This document shows, piece after piece, positions 50,079-61,843 of a stretch of 64,000 nt of DNA. The DNA is from Clostridia bacterium. Lineage in GTDB: Bacteria > Bacillota > Clostridia > JAAYHZ01. The position numbers and the translations under genes were made by a program. A model generated the notes under the pieces. That model was not told the DNA's origin. It worked only from the letters and a program-made list of their open reading frames with translations, and ran no database searches. The stretch's first letter is position 1. Each line of letters begins with the position of its first letter. The stretch lies in assembly GCA_050950825.1 (NCBI GenBank), contig JBMNIH010000004.1, positions 96,001 to 160,000 on the forward strand, in the 5' to 3' direction.

Positions 50079-51354
50079 TTGTTATACGGTTGGATTTGCT
50101 AAAGTCGACATTACACCGGATAAACCGACGCCGTACCTTGCGTTCAATCCTCGGCACACCTTGTTTGAGGGTGTCCATGACCCGTTGTATGCCAGGGTAA
50201 TTACCGTTTCCGATTCGAAAGAACAGGCTGTTATCATCGGTACGGACACCATCGGTATTGCCAATGCGGTTTTGGGAGAAGACAGAAATTACACTTCGGA
50301 GGTCCGAAAGAAAATTGCGGAAAAGACCGGGATACCGGAGACTTCCGTCATGCTGGCATCGCCTCACATTCATTCCGCACCGGAGACCATCAATCTTCGG
50401 CCGATAAAAGACGATGCCAATACCGTGGCTTGGCTGGAGGAATTGCAGGATAAAATATCGGATGCGGTTTTAAAAGCGTTGAATAATACGTTTCAAGCAA
50501 ATATGTACGTAATGACGGGCTCCGCGGAAGGAATCTCCTATAACCGTCGAAAGGACCCGATTTTAGATACGCAAGTTACCGTCCTGTTATTTAAATCCGT
50601 ACAAGAAGATCGGAACGTGTTATTGACCCAATTTGCATGCCACCCGGTCATTTTGCAGGTACAGGATCAAATATCCGCAGACTATTTGGAGGCTTTTCAT
50701 GCATGTCTCGAAAAGTCCGTAAAAAACCTGGAAGGAGATCTGTTCCTACAAGGTGCGTGCGGAGATATTGACCCTGTCATAGGCAATACTAAAAATTTTA
50801 ACGACACCTACTATACCGGTACGGCATTAGCCGGAGAAGTCCTTAAATTATACGGCCGGATGAGTATAGCCAAAAGCGCCGTTCAACCGGTTATCATAAA
50901 ATCGAAGTCGAAGGAGCTTCTTCTTCCTTCAAGACCCCTGCCGAAAGGAAAAGAGACGGAGGATTTCGTGGCGACAATGGATGAACGGATTCGTGCGGGA
51001 CAGCCCCTTCCTCCGGAATTAAAAAGAAAAGAAGAATTGTATTATCGATTGAAAATGGAGGACGAAGCCTTTAGAGGAGAGGTACAAATCCTTCGAATCG
51101 GCAATGCCCTCTTGACGGGAATCCCCGGAGAACCCTTCTGCAAGCTGGGGCTGACGATAAAAAGCTTGGCCTCACCCTGTATCGGTATTCCGGTGGGGTA
51201 TGCGAACGGATACTTAGGGTACATTGCTCCGAAAGAGGCTTGGGATAAAGGCGGATACGAAGTAAACCCGGGACCGTGGTCTATCGTCGGCTTCGAAGGG
51301 TATGACATGATCTTGGATGCGGCGGAGGATTTGCTAAAGGAAATGAAAGATTAA
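50071..51354 (+). CDS. Neutral/alkaline ceramidase-like amidohydrolase
   Basis: VDITP, HDPLYAR, HIHSAP, FACHP, FLQGACGD, PGEPF, GYANGYLGY..GGYE. Confidence 0.8.
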   Translation: MSNCYTVGFAKVDITPDKPTPYLAFNPRHTLFEGVHDPLYARVITVSDSKEQAVIIGTDTIGIANAVLGEDRNYTSEVRKKIAEKTGIPETSVMLASPHIHSAPETINLRPIKDDANTVAWLEELQDKISDAVLKALNNTFQANMYVMTGSAEGISYNRRKDPILDTQVTVLLFKSVQEDRNVLLTQFACHPVILQVQDQISADYLEAFHACLEKSVKNLEGDLFLQGACGDIDPVIGNTKNFNDTYYTGTALAGEVLKLYGRMSIAKSAVQPVIIKSKSKELLLPSRPLPKGKETEDFVATMDERIRAGQPLPPELKRKEELYYRLKMEDEAFRGEVQILRIGNALLTGIPGEPFCKLGLTIKSLASPCIGIPVGYANGYLGYIAPKEAWDKGGYEVNPGPWSIVGFEGYDMILDAAEDLLKEMKD

Positions 51355-51378
51355 AGGGCATGGATTAAAAAATGCCCT

Positions 51379-52335
51379 TTATCGTTTTTCCGGGCTATAC
51401 CGCTCTTCCACCATGCCGAACAAAAGGGATGCAATCATGCCCGAGCAAAACAGGATAATCACCCACAAAAGTGCCGATACGAATGTAAGCCCCATTGCCG
51501 AAAGCCCTTGCTTCGTGAATCCGGGTGCTACAACGGTAGGAAATATGGCAACGGAAGAGCCTAGTACGGTTCCTACAATGATGTGGTACATAATGCCGTA
51601 AAAGCGTTCGAATAGGATGCTCACCAGCTTGGCAAAAGCGATAACCGCGATAGCAACGCCGATGATCAAAGGGATGATAACGGAAAAATCCAACGCCTTG
51701 ATTCCGTCGGTCATTTTGCTGTACATCCCGAAATAGATCAAAAAGTTGGAAGGAGAAAGACCGGGTACAATAAACCCTAAGCCGACTAAAATACCGCCGC
51801 CGATCCATATGAGAAAGTTGGGTTCAACGGCAGTCAGTTCTTTTTCACCGGACAGCATAAAGAAGATAATTACAAAGGAAGACAGAAACAGAGCAATATA
51901 TTCTTTGGCTCCTCTTCCTTTTTCGCCTGCGTTTTGCCAAAGTGAAGGCACCGTTCCCGCCACAAAACCGATAAAAAGGCTGACGAACAAGGTGGCGTAG
52001 GTTCCGAATGCCGCCGATACCAAGCCGGAAAACAGGAATATTCCGAGAAGACCGCCGATTCCCACGGGAAGGAAAAAGAAAAAGTATTTAATCAGATTTT
52101 TCGGGAAGTTTCCCAGAAAATCGATCAAAGCGTCGTAGATCTTAAATATGACCATTAAAACGCCCCCGGATATCCCCGGCAAGATGGCACCGATGCCGAC
52201 CAGAACGCCTTTAAGAACGCGAATAAGCCATGAAAACGGCGTTTCCTTATGATTATTTAAAATCATTTTGGCTTTATCTTCGGAAGAGCCTTTTGTCAAG
52301 CTTTTGTTTCCTTTGCTATCAAACCTTTCTGCCAT
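51379..52335 (-). CDS. DUF368-family membrane protein
   Basis: Repeated ILPGISGG and IVPGLSPS re-entrant motifs; many TM helices. Confidence 0.88.
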   Translation of the reverse strand: MAERFDSKGNKSLTKGSSEDKAKMILNNHKETPFSWLIRVLKGVLVGIGAILPGISGGVLMVIFKIYDALIDFLGNFPKNLIKYFFFFLPVGIGGLLGIFLFSGLVSAAFGTYATLFVSLFIGFVAGTVPSLWQNAGEKGRGAKEYIALFLSSFVIIFFMLSGEKELTAVEPNFLIWIGGGILVGLGFIVPGLSPSNFLIYFGMYSKMTDGIKALDFSVIIPLIIGVAIAVIAFAKLVSILFERFYGIMYHIIVGTVLGSSVAIFPTVVAPGFTKQGLSAMGLTFVSALLWVIILFCSGMIASLLFGMVEERYSPEKR

Positions 52336-52508
52336 ACACACCTCAAACCCTTATTTTGAATCATGACCCGTTCCATTTTATTACTTATCCTTCTCGGTGT
52401 CAATTATCCGTTCTTTTTCCGATTTTTAAATTCCCTTGCCGGCAAAAGAGAATATGTAATAATATATTATGCAATACCGGTCGTTATTTTCTTAAGGGGG
52501 AAATATTC

Positions 52509-52955
52509 ATGAATATTACATACAGGAAGGCGAAACCGGAGGATATTCGAGCCATTACCGAGTTCGGTCTCAAGCTTTACGGTCCGGAAAATACCTTCGA
52601 GAGCTTGTATAAAGAAAACGAAGAGATCTTAAGCAGCGAATCGCAAATATTATTCTTGGCGGAGGACAATGATAAGATTATCGGTTTTGCCGACTGTTCC
52701 TTACGCTACGATTATGTGGAAGGAACCCATGGAGGCGTTATCGGGTATCTCGAGGGGATCTACATTGACCCTCCCTATCGGATGAAAGGAATCGCCAAAG
52801 CCTTGGTTTCGCTTTGCGAGGATTGGGCGAGAGAAAAAGGTTGCAAGGAATTTGCAAGCGACTGCGAGCTGTATAACGATGAAAGCTACCGGTTTCATTT
52901 AAAAATCGGATTCAAAGAAGCGAACCGCCTCATATGCTTTGTGAAGGAGCTGTAA
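52509..52955 (+). CDS. aac(6')-I: Aminoglycoside 6'-N-acetyltransferase-like GNAT (AAC(6')-I type)
   Basis: LRYDYVEG, GYLEGIY, EFASDC, SYRFH..IGF; SD AAGGGGG before ATG 52509. Confidence 0.8.
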   Translation: MNITYRKAKPEDIRAITEFGLKLYGPENTFESLYKENEEILSSESQILFLAEDNDKIIGFADCSLRYDYVEGTHGGVIGYLEGIYIDPPYRMKGIAKALVSLCEDWAREKGCKEFASDCELYNDESYRFHLKIGFKEANRLICFVKEL

Positions 52956-52959
52956 GAAA

Positions 52960-54336
52960 TTGCATGAAAAGAAAACGTTAATCAATCGAATCTTTCCGAT
53001 TATCGGCATCCTCTTCATCTTAGGAGCCTTTTCGGGATGCGTTCCCGTTTATTCGGATAAAGGCGATAAGGATACGCAATATTCCGTGTCTACGACGATG
53101 GAAACGGAGCTTGCGGAAAGCTCCGTCTTCCAAGAAAGCGAAGAAACAACAACAAAGGTCACCGAAAGGGAGCCTGTTTCGGAAACGTCGGAAAGCATAA
53201 TTACCCAAAAGCCCGAAGAAGAGACGAGTGCCCCGGAAGACGAGATAAAAAAGCTTTTGGATACGATGACCCTCGATGAAAAAATCGGCCGGATGGTGAT
53301 GGTAGGGCTTGAAGGGTATACGCCGGATGAAAAAACGATGGAAATGATTGAAAAATATCATGTAGGAGGATTTATCCTTTTCAGCCGCAATATCGAAGGC
53401 CCGGACCAATTAACCGCTCTTTTAAATTCCTTGAAGGCCGCCAATTCCCGAAGCAAAATCCCGTTGCTCTTGTCGGTGGACCAAGAAGGGGGAAGAGTCA
53501 GCCGAATGCCGAAGGAATTGGAGCGATTTCCGGACAACCAAACGGTCGGGAAGGTCAACCTCGAAGAGTTTTCATATAAGCTGGGGGCGCTTTTGGCGGA
53601 ATGCGTAAAGGCCTTCGGCTTTAATATGAATTTTGCTCCCGTTTTGGACATTCACAGCAACCCGAACAATCCCGTAATCGGTGATCGGTCCTTCGGTGAG
53701 GATGCGGAAATCGTAAGCAGGTTAGGCATAAGCGTCATGAAAGGGATGCAGGACCAAGGGGTTATCTCCGTAGTCAAGCATTTTCCGGGGCACGGCGACA
53801 CCGACGAGGACTCCCATATAAGTCTTCCGTCCGTGGAGCATTCCAAGGAACGATTAATGAATTTTGAACTGGTACCGTTTCAAAATGCCATTCAAAACGG
53901 TGCGGATGCCGTCATGATCGCCCATATTACGGTCAAGGAAATAGATCCCGACCGGCCGGCTACTTTATCCGAGGCCGTGGTAACGGATCTTTTAAGAGAG
54001 GAACTGAATTTTGACGGCGTGGTAGTAACCGACGATTTGACCATGGGAGCGGTGATGAAGAATTACGATATCGGGGAGGCCGCCGTACAGTCGGTGCTAG
54101 CCGGTACGGACGTTTTGCTTGTTTGCCACGGCTACGACAACCAAGTGTCGGTGATGGAAGCGTTGAAGGAAGCGGCGGAAAACGGTACGATTACGGAAGA
54201 GCGCATCGACCGAAGCGTATATCGAATTCTAAAGCTCATGGAAAAGTATCGTATAGAAGACCGTTTGGCTCCTCTTGTGAATATCGATGAGATCAACAAA
54301 AAAATATCCGATCTCCTGAGTACCTATATTCCGTGA
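52960..54336 (+). CDS. nagZ: GH3 beta-N-acetylglucosaminidase, lipoprotein
   Basis: Lipobox FSGC, S/T/E-rich linker, DQEGGRV, KHFPGHGDTDEDSH, VTDDLTM. Confidence 0.93.
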   Translation: MHEKKTLINRIFPIIGILFILGAFSGCVPVYSDKGDKDTQYSVSTTMETELAESSVFQESEETTTKVTEREPVSETSESIITQKPEEETSAPEDEIKKLLDTMTLDEKIGRMVMVGLEGYTPDEKTMEMIEKYHVGGFILFSRNIEGPDQLTALLNSLKAANSRSKIPLLLSVDQEGGRVSRMPKELERFPDNQTVGKVNLEEFSYKLGALLAECVKAFGFNMNFAPVLDIHSNPNNPVIGDRSFGEDAEIVSRLGISVMKGMQDQGVISVVKHFPGHGDTDEDSHISLPSVEHSKERLMNFELVPFQNAIQNGADAVMIAHITVKEIDPDRPATLSEAVVTDLLREELNFDGVVVTDDLTMGAVMKNYDIGEAAVQSVLAGTDVLLVCHGYDNQVSVMEALKEAAENGTITEERIDRSVYRILKLMEKYRIEDRLAPLVNIDEINKKISDLLSTYIP

Positions 54337-54429
54337 GGATTATTGAATATCTCGACCGGTTTTGGCATAGTTATGATATAAACTTGCATTTACAAAAAGA
54401 TTAGCATAATATATTAACATTGGTATATC

Positions 54430-54548
54430 ATATGAGGGAGTAGTTCCGCAGTTCGCGTGATAAACCGTCATCACGGCACGGTCCCGGTTTATCTGTAGAG
54501 AATGAGACTCATATACCTTAGGTTTTTGGCCCGTTATATGGGTCTTTT
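54430..54548 (+). promoter_or_regulatory. yybP-ykoY (Mn2+) riboswitch with terminator expression platform
   Basis: P1 ATATGAG/CTCATAT (54430-36/54508-14); conserved GGGAGTAG, CGTCATCACG, CCGGT, GAGAC; competing hairpin GACTCATATA/TATATGGGTC+T4; promoter TTGCAT-N17-TAATAT. Confidence 0.85.
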
Positions 54549-54596
54549 GATATTCGAAAACAGGTGAGGTCACAAAAAATGAAGGACGGTGGACGT

Positions 54597-57230
<2,634 letters not shown>

Positions 57231-57278
57231 ATACTAAAACAATTTCACTGTCGAATATTCATACACGGGGGTTGTGCT

Positions 57279-60182
57279 ATGAACACCGAAAAAAGGTATT
57301 TCCGATTGCCGAAAAGGAATCTTCCCGTTATCGGGGAAGCGGATGTGATTGTTGTCGGTGCGTCTTTAGGCGGAATTTCCGCCGCCATACGGGCGGCAAA
57401 GGAAGGCGCAAAGGTATTTGTTGTAGGGTACATGCCGTACCCGGGGGAGGATCTGTGCGGACACTACAAGTATCTTTTCGAGTATGAATGCCCGGATTGT
57501 GCCCATCCTCTTCTTGACGCCATATTTCCTAAAGATTCTATAAGAACGCCCTTTACCGTTAAAAAGGCGTTGGAGAATGCGATGTTGGAAAACGATATCG
57601 ATTTTCTTTACTCAAGCTATGTAACGGAAGTTTTAATGGATAAGGAAAACGAACCGGCGGGCGTTGTTATCGTGAACCGATCGGGAAGGCAAGTCATCAA
57701 GGGCAAGACCCTAATCGATGCAACCTTTGAGGCTTATGCGGCACGTATTGCCGGAGTTCCTTTTCGAACCGACAGGGAAGAAGAACGGGAGGAATTTTTC
57801 TTCATAACCGTAGGCAACGCCTACGGGGAAGGAGAGGGGAGAAGGCGCTTGCCTTTTTCACCGAAGCAAAACGGCAAGGACAAGCCCGTTTATGAGCATG
57901 TTTTTAAGTATCCTGTCGGCGACCGGTCTTACGATAGGATTTGTGAAATCGAGCAAGATATTCGAGGAAGGGTATGGGATCCGGACCAAGTGGATGCGGC
58001 GGACACCCTGTTCCATATCCCTCTCTTTCAATTGGAGGGGCAAAGGTCTTGCGAGGACGGAAGCTTTGTACCTGCAGAGGCCTTTATGCCGAAGAAGCAA
58101 GATCGGCTTTTCGTGCTAGGACCTTGCGCGGATATACATAAAAAGGCGGTACCGGAGCTTTTAAAGCCTTTGAACCTGATCCTTTCCGGAGATAAAGTAG
58201 GATTTTTGGCGGCGCAAGCGGCAAAGAATTGCAAAGCCTTTCCCGATCCTGCGGAAAAGGATGAAGCAGACGATTCTTTTACCTTGGGAACCCTTTCCGA
58301 AACGGGTTCCTTTGTCCGACCCAAGTTTCAAAAAACCGTGAAAGTAAACTATGCCCTCGTTCCCGTATTAGGGTCTTATGAGGTTGCGGTGGTAGGAGGG
58401 GGAACCGCAGGGGCGAACGCAGCCATCGGTGCGGCAAGGCAAGGGGTTAAAACCTTGGTAATCGAATACCTTCACGGCTTAGGCGGAACCCAAACTATGG
58501 GACGAATCGGCATATATTGGGACGGATACCGAGAAGGATTTACAAAAGAGATCGATAAAGGCGTAAAAGAAATGGCGCCTTGTGACCATCCCCGCCAATT
58601 GCATGGTGACGACCGATTTCCTTTTGATTGGAAGACCGAATGGTACCGAAGGGAAATAAGGAAGGCAGGGGGCCGTATTTGGTTCGGTGTGTTCGGTGCC
58701 GGCGCTTATACGGAGGATGGCAAGGTCAAAGGCGTATTGGTTGCAACTCCGGAAGGACTCGGTGTCGTGTTGGCGGATATAGTGATCGATTCTACCGGCA
58801 GCGGAGACATTGCCATAGCCGCAGGATCGGAATACGAATATACCGACGAGAAGCTTTTTGCCGTACAGGGAGCGGGATTGCCGCCCGTCAATTTGGGGGA
58901 TTATTATAACAACACCGACTGGGCTTTTATCGACGACAGCGATGTTTTTGACGTAACAAGCGTATATGTATCGGCAAAAGCGAAGTTTAAGGATGTGTAT
59001 GATTTGGGGAAGCTTCCCCAAACCCGCGAACGAAGAAGGATTGTAGCGGAGCATATGGTATCGGTGCTCGATGTTATCAACAAAAGAAGGTATAAGGATA
59101 CGATCTCCTATCATAAAAGCTCTTTTGATACCCACGGATATACCGTCGATCCTTTCTTCACCCTACTGCCTCCGGAAAAAAGGCATACCATTTACGATGC
59201 GGACGTACCCTTAAGAAGTCTTATGCCCAAAGGATTGGACAATATTTTGGTCACCGGCTTAGGAGCGGGAGCCCACCGAGATGCCATGCCGGTCATTCGT
59301 ATGCAGCCCTGCTTGCAAAACCAAGGCTATTCCGTCGGTTATTTATGTGCTTTGGCGGTTAAAAGCGGCTGCTCCGTCCGCGAGGCGGATATCAAGAAGG
59401 TACAAGCTCATTTGGTAGAGAAAAAGATTCTGCCCGAGCGGGTTCTTTCGGACCAAGATCATTTTCCTTTTACGGAGGAACAGATGGAAGAAGCGGTGAA
59501 AACCCTTCCGAATAATTTTACGGGGCTAAACGTTCTTCTTACCGATCCGAAAAAAGCGGAGGAGCTGCTGCTAAAAGCTTGTTCCGAAGAGGAGAAAAAC
59601 GAGGCTCGAATTGTATATGCCCGGGTACTATGTATGTTAGGTAACAAAAGCTTTGTTCATCTCGTGGCGGATGAGGTGGAAAAGTACGAGGATTGGGACC
59701 AAGGCTGGGATTATACCGGGATGGGACAATTCGGACCTTGTATGAGCCGGCTTGACAGCTTAATCATGGCCTTAGGGCAAACGAAGGATGAAAAAACGCT
59801 GCCCGTGATTTTAAAAAAGGCGAAGCTTTTGACACCGAAGAGCGAGTTTTCTCATTTCAGAGCGGTGGCGGAAGCCTGCGAAGCCATCGGAAGCGAAAAA
59901 GCCGCGGATGTGTTGTCCCGATTATTGGATATGGAGGGTATCGCAGGGCACCACGTTCGTACTTTAAAAGAAGCCTTTGGCCGTGCCCTTCCGAGTACGG
60001 TCGACGTAAGCTTAAGAAACAAAGTTCTTCGGGAAATATTCTTGGCTCGCGCTTTGTACCGCTGCGGCGACGACAGCCGTCGAAAGGGCGAGCAAATTCT
60101 TCGAAACTACAGCAACGATTGGAACGGACATTATTTCCGCCATACTGCAAGTATTTTAAAAAAGGAAGGTAAAGACGCATGA
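57279..60182 (+). CDS. Large FAD-dependent oxidoreductase with two tandem Rossmann modules
   Basis: DVIVVGASLGG..IDAT and EVAVVGGGTAG..IDSTGSGD, RERRRI, VPLRSL, IRMQP; helical C-terminal tail. Confidence 0.85.
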   Translation: MNTEKRYFRLPKRNLPVIGEADVIVVGASLGGISAAIRAAKEGAKVFVVGYMPYPGEDLCGHYKYLFEYECPDCAHPLLDAIFPKDSIRTPFTVKKALENAMLENDIDFLYSSYVTEVLMDKENEPAGVVIVNRSGRQVIKGKTLIDATFEAYAARIAGVPFRTDREEEREEFFFITVGNAYGEGEGRRRLPFSPKQNGKDKPVYEHVFKYPVGDRSYDRICEIEQDIRGRVWDPDQVDAADTLFHIPLFQLEGQRSCEDGSFVPAEAFMPKKQDRLFVLGPCADIHKKAVPELLKPLNLILSGDKVGFLAAQAAKNCKAFPDPAEKDEADDSFTLGTLSETGSFVRPKFQKTVKVNYALVPVLGSYEVAVVGGGTAGANAAIGAARQGVKTLVIEYLHGLGGTQTMGRIGIYWDGYREGFTKEIDKGVKEMAPCDHPRQLHGDDRFPFDWKTEWYRREIRKAGGRIWFGVFGAGAYTEDGKVKGVLVATPEGLGVVLADIVIDSTGSGDIAIAAGSEYEYTDEKLFAVQGAGLPPVNLGDYYNNTDWAFIDDSDVFDVTSVYVSAKAKFKDVYDLGKLPQTRERRRIVAEHMVSVLDVINKRRYKDTISYHKSSFDTHGYTVDPFFTLLPPEKRHTIYDADVPLRSLMPKGLDNILVTGLGAGAHRDAMPVIRMQPCLQNQGYSVGYLCALAVKSGCSVREADIKKVQAHLVEKKILPERVLSDQDHFPFTEEQMEEAVKTLPNNFTGLNVLLTDPKKAEELLLKACSEEEKNEARIVYARVLCMLGNKSFVHLVADEVEKYEDWDQGWDYTGMGQFGPCMSRLDSLIMALGQTKDEKTLPVILKKAKLLTPKSEFSHFRAVAEACEAIGSEKAADVLSRLLDMEGIAGHHVRTLKEAFGRALPSTVDVSLRNKVLREIFLARALYRCGDDSRRKGEQILRNYSNDWNGHYFRHTASILKKEGKDA

Positions 60183-60597
60183 ACGAAAAACCGATTACGG
60201 GAATAGAAATCGACATGGTCGTAAAAGACAGCCTTGAAGCTTTGGGTACGTTTGAAAAGATTTTCGAGGTTCAACGGGAAGAAGTGACGAAGATAGGGGA
60301 TTGAACGAAGCGGTTTTCACGATTTACGGAGTAAGGTTTCATTTACCGAATGAAAACCCGGAATATTTTTTGTTCGCGCCGAAGGAGGATACCCAAAAAT
60401 CCATGTGGATCAACGTTTTGGTGCCGGATATACAGGCATGCTTCGAAAAAGCGAAGGCGCAGGGCTGCACCGTCATACAGCCGGTAACGGAAATGAAGGA
60501 AATGGGCGTGAGCAACGCCGTTTTTTCGGACAAGTTCGGATATATTTGGATGATTCATCAAATTCATCGCGTCGTAAGCTTTGAGGAAAGAGTTTAA
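60179..60597 (+). pseudogene. VOC/glyoxalase-family gene with frameshift
   Basis: MNEKPITGIEIDMVVKDSLEA..VTKIGD* (TGA 60302-60304); continues in another frame as DRGLNEAVFTIYGVRFH..FSDKFGYIWMI. Confidence 0.75.
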
Positions 60598-60688
60598 TAT
60601 TTTGAAGAGAATTTAAAGAAAGACGGCGAATAACGGAAGATTTGCAAAAAGAGGGCGGTAAGAAAAATCCGCCTTTTTTTATTAGCCG

Positions 60689-60757
60689 TTGCAACGGTAA
60701 AAAAAATGCGATATAATACTCTAAAATATAGAGTATCTATATAGCAGAGTATTATAT
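60689..60757 (+). promoter_or_regulatory. sigmaA promoter overlapped by tandem palindromic operators
   Basis: TTGCAA-N17-TATAAT (60689-60717); ATACTCTA-N5-TAGAGTAT (60716-60736); 12-bp IR ATATAATACTCT/AGAGTATTATAT (60711-22/60746-57). Confidence 0.65.
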
Positions 60758-60773
60758 TTTCACGGAGGTTCTT

Positions 60774-61487
60774 ATGGAAAAGGATCAAGTGCAAAAAGCA
60801 TTGGATGACGTTTCGGAGATTAAGCGGATTTTTGCTAATACATACCGGGACTTTTCGGAAGCGGTCAAATTGCTTATCATCGCCGGCGGGTTTTTAGTTG
60901 CAAAGGGTGCTATCACTTCCTTGAACGTATTCGCAACTTGGAATTTATTCTCCGACAGCATTCGGTTGGGAACGGAAGTAGCCATCGTATCCTACATTTC
61001 AAGCTGCCTATCTTGGATCGGTTTTTTGGCTACATTGGCGACGTATCTTCTTTTACGGAATAAGCAAAAGCGTTTCGCAAGAGGATTGGGACTTCAACTG
61101 ATCGATATGTGGGGAGGGTTTTTAATCGGAATCACTCTTTACGGAGCCGCCGTCAACCTTGTATCCTTGCATTTGTCGAAAGACCAATTTGCTCGTTATG
61201 TATCCGTTCCTTGGCTGTTTTACATGGTATCCATACCGCTTATGCTGTTTATTACGGGTGTTTTGTTGAACAAAAGCGCTCCGAAACGGCTCGCCCTTCT
61301 TTATATCTTCGTCAGCTTGACAGTAACCGCTCTGCCTTTAACCTTGGATTATGCCGTCAAAGGAGGCATGACAATCGAGGTCTCGTTAGGAAGCCTTTTG
61401 GGTACGAGTATTATGCCCGGTATCTTTTTAATATGTACAGGATACTTATTGGGAAAGAAAACGGAAACGAGCGATGACAATGTTTGA
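60774..61487 (+). CDS. Hypothetical multi-TM membrane protein
   Basis: About 6 hydrophobic segments; SD GGAGG; overlaps the next gene. Confidence 0.8.
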   Translation: MEKDQVQKALDDVSEIKRIFANTYRDFSEAVKLLIIAGGFLVAKGAITSLNVFATWNLFSDSIRLGTEVAIVSYISSCLSWIGFLATLATYLLLRNKQKRFARGLGLQLIDMWGGFLIGITLYGAAVNLVSLHLSKDQFARYVSVPWLFYMVSIPLMLFITGVLLNKSAPKRLALLYIFVSLTVTALPLTLDYAVKGGMTIEVSLGSLLGTSIMPGIFLICTGYLLGKKTETSDDNV

Positions 61488-61776
61488 CGAATATTCGGAC
61501 CTTTTTTCTTCAAAGGTGCGCTTGCGTATTATAGCGGCCTTGATTTCGGGACCGAAGGATTTTACGACGTTAAAAAAGTTGACGGAAACGACGGACGGAA
61601 ACTTAGGAAAGCAAATGGAGATTCTTTTGGAAGCCGGAGCTGTGCATGCCGAAAAAGAATTCATCGGACGAAGAGGTAAAACCGTTTACTCTCTTACAAA
61701 CGAAGGCTTGCATTCTTTTAAAGAATATGTTCGATTGTTGGAGGAGATATTGGAAAAGGAAGGGACAAAAGAATAG
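61474..61776 (+). CDS. Winged-helix transcriptional regulator (HTH_34/ArsR-MarR-like)
   Basis: RLRIIAAL, DFTTLK..TDGNLGKQ..L, TVYSLT..G..F. Confidence 0.88.
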   Translation: MTMFDEYSDLFSSKVRLRIIAALISGPKDFTTLKKLTETTDGNLGKQMEILLEAGAVHAEKEFIGRRGKTVYSLTNEGLHSFKEYVRLLEEILEKEGTKE

Positions 61777-61790
61777 CGGAATTCATGGAA

Positions 61791-61830
61791 AAGCGCCGAC
61801 GGCTTTTTGGATATGAAGCCGTCGGCGCTT
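61791..61830. terminator. Terminator between convergent genes
   Basis: 15-bp IR AAGCGCCGACGGCTT/AAGCCGTCGGCGCTT. Confidence 0.8.
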
Positions 61831-61843
61831 ATTTATCGCAGGC

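Noticed and set aside
52230-52508. 93-aa N-terminal extension of the AAC(6')-like ORF
   Set aside because: Overlaps the divergent DUF368 gene and promoter region; the SD supports ATG 52509
60290-60304. Programmed frameshift or selenocysteine read-through in the VOC gene
   Set aside because: No slippery sequence; the continuation is in a different frame, so read-through would not restore it
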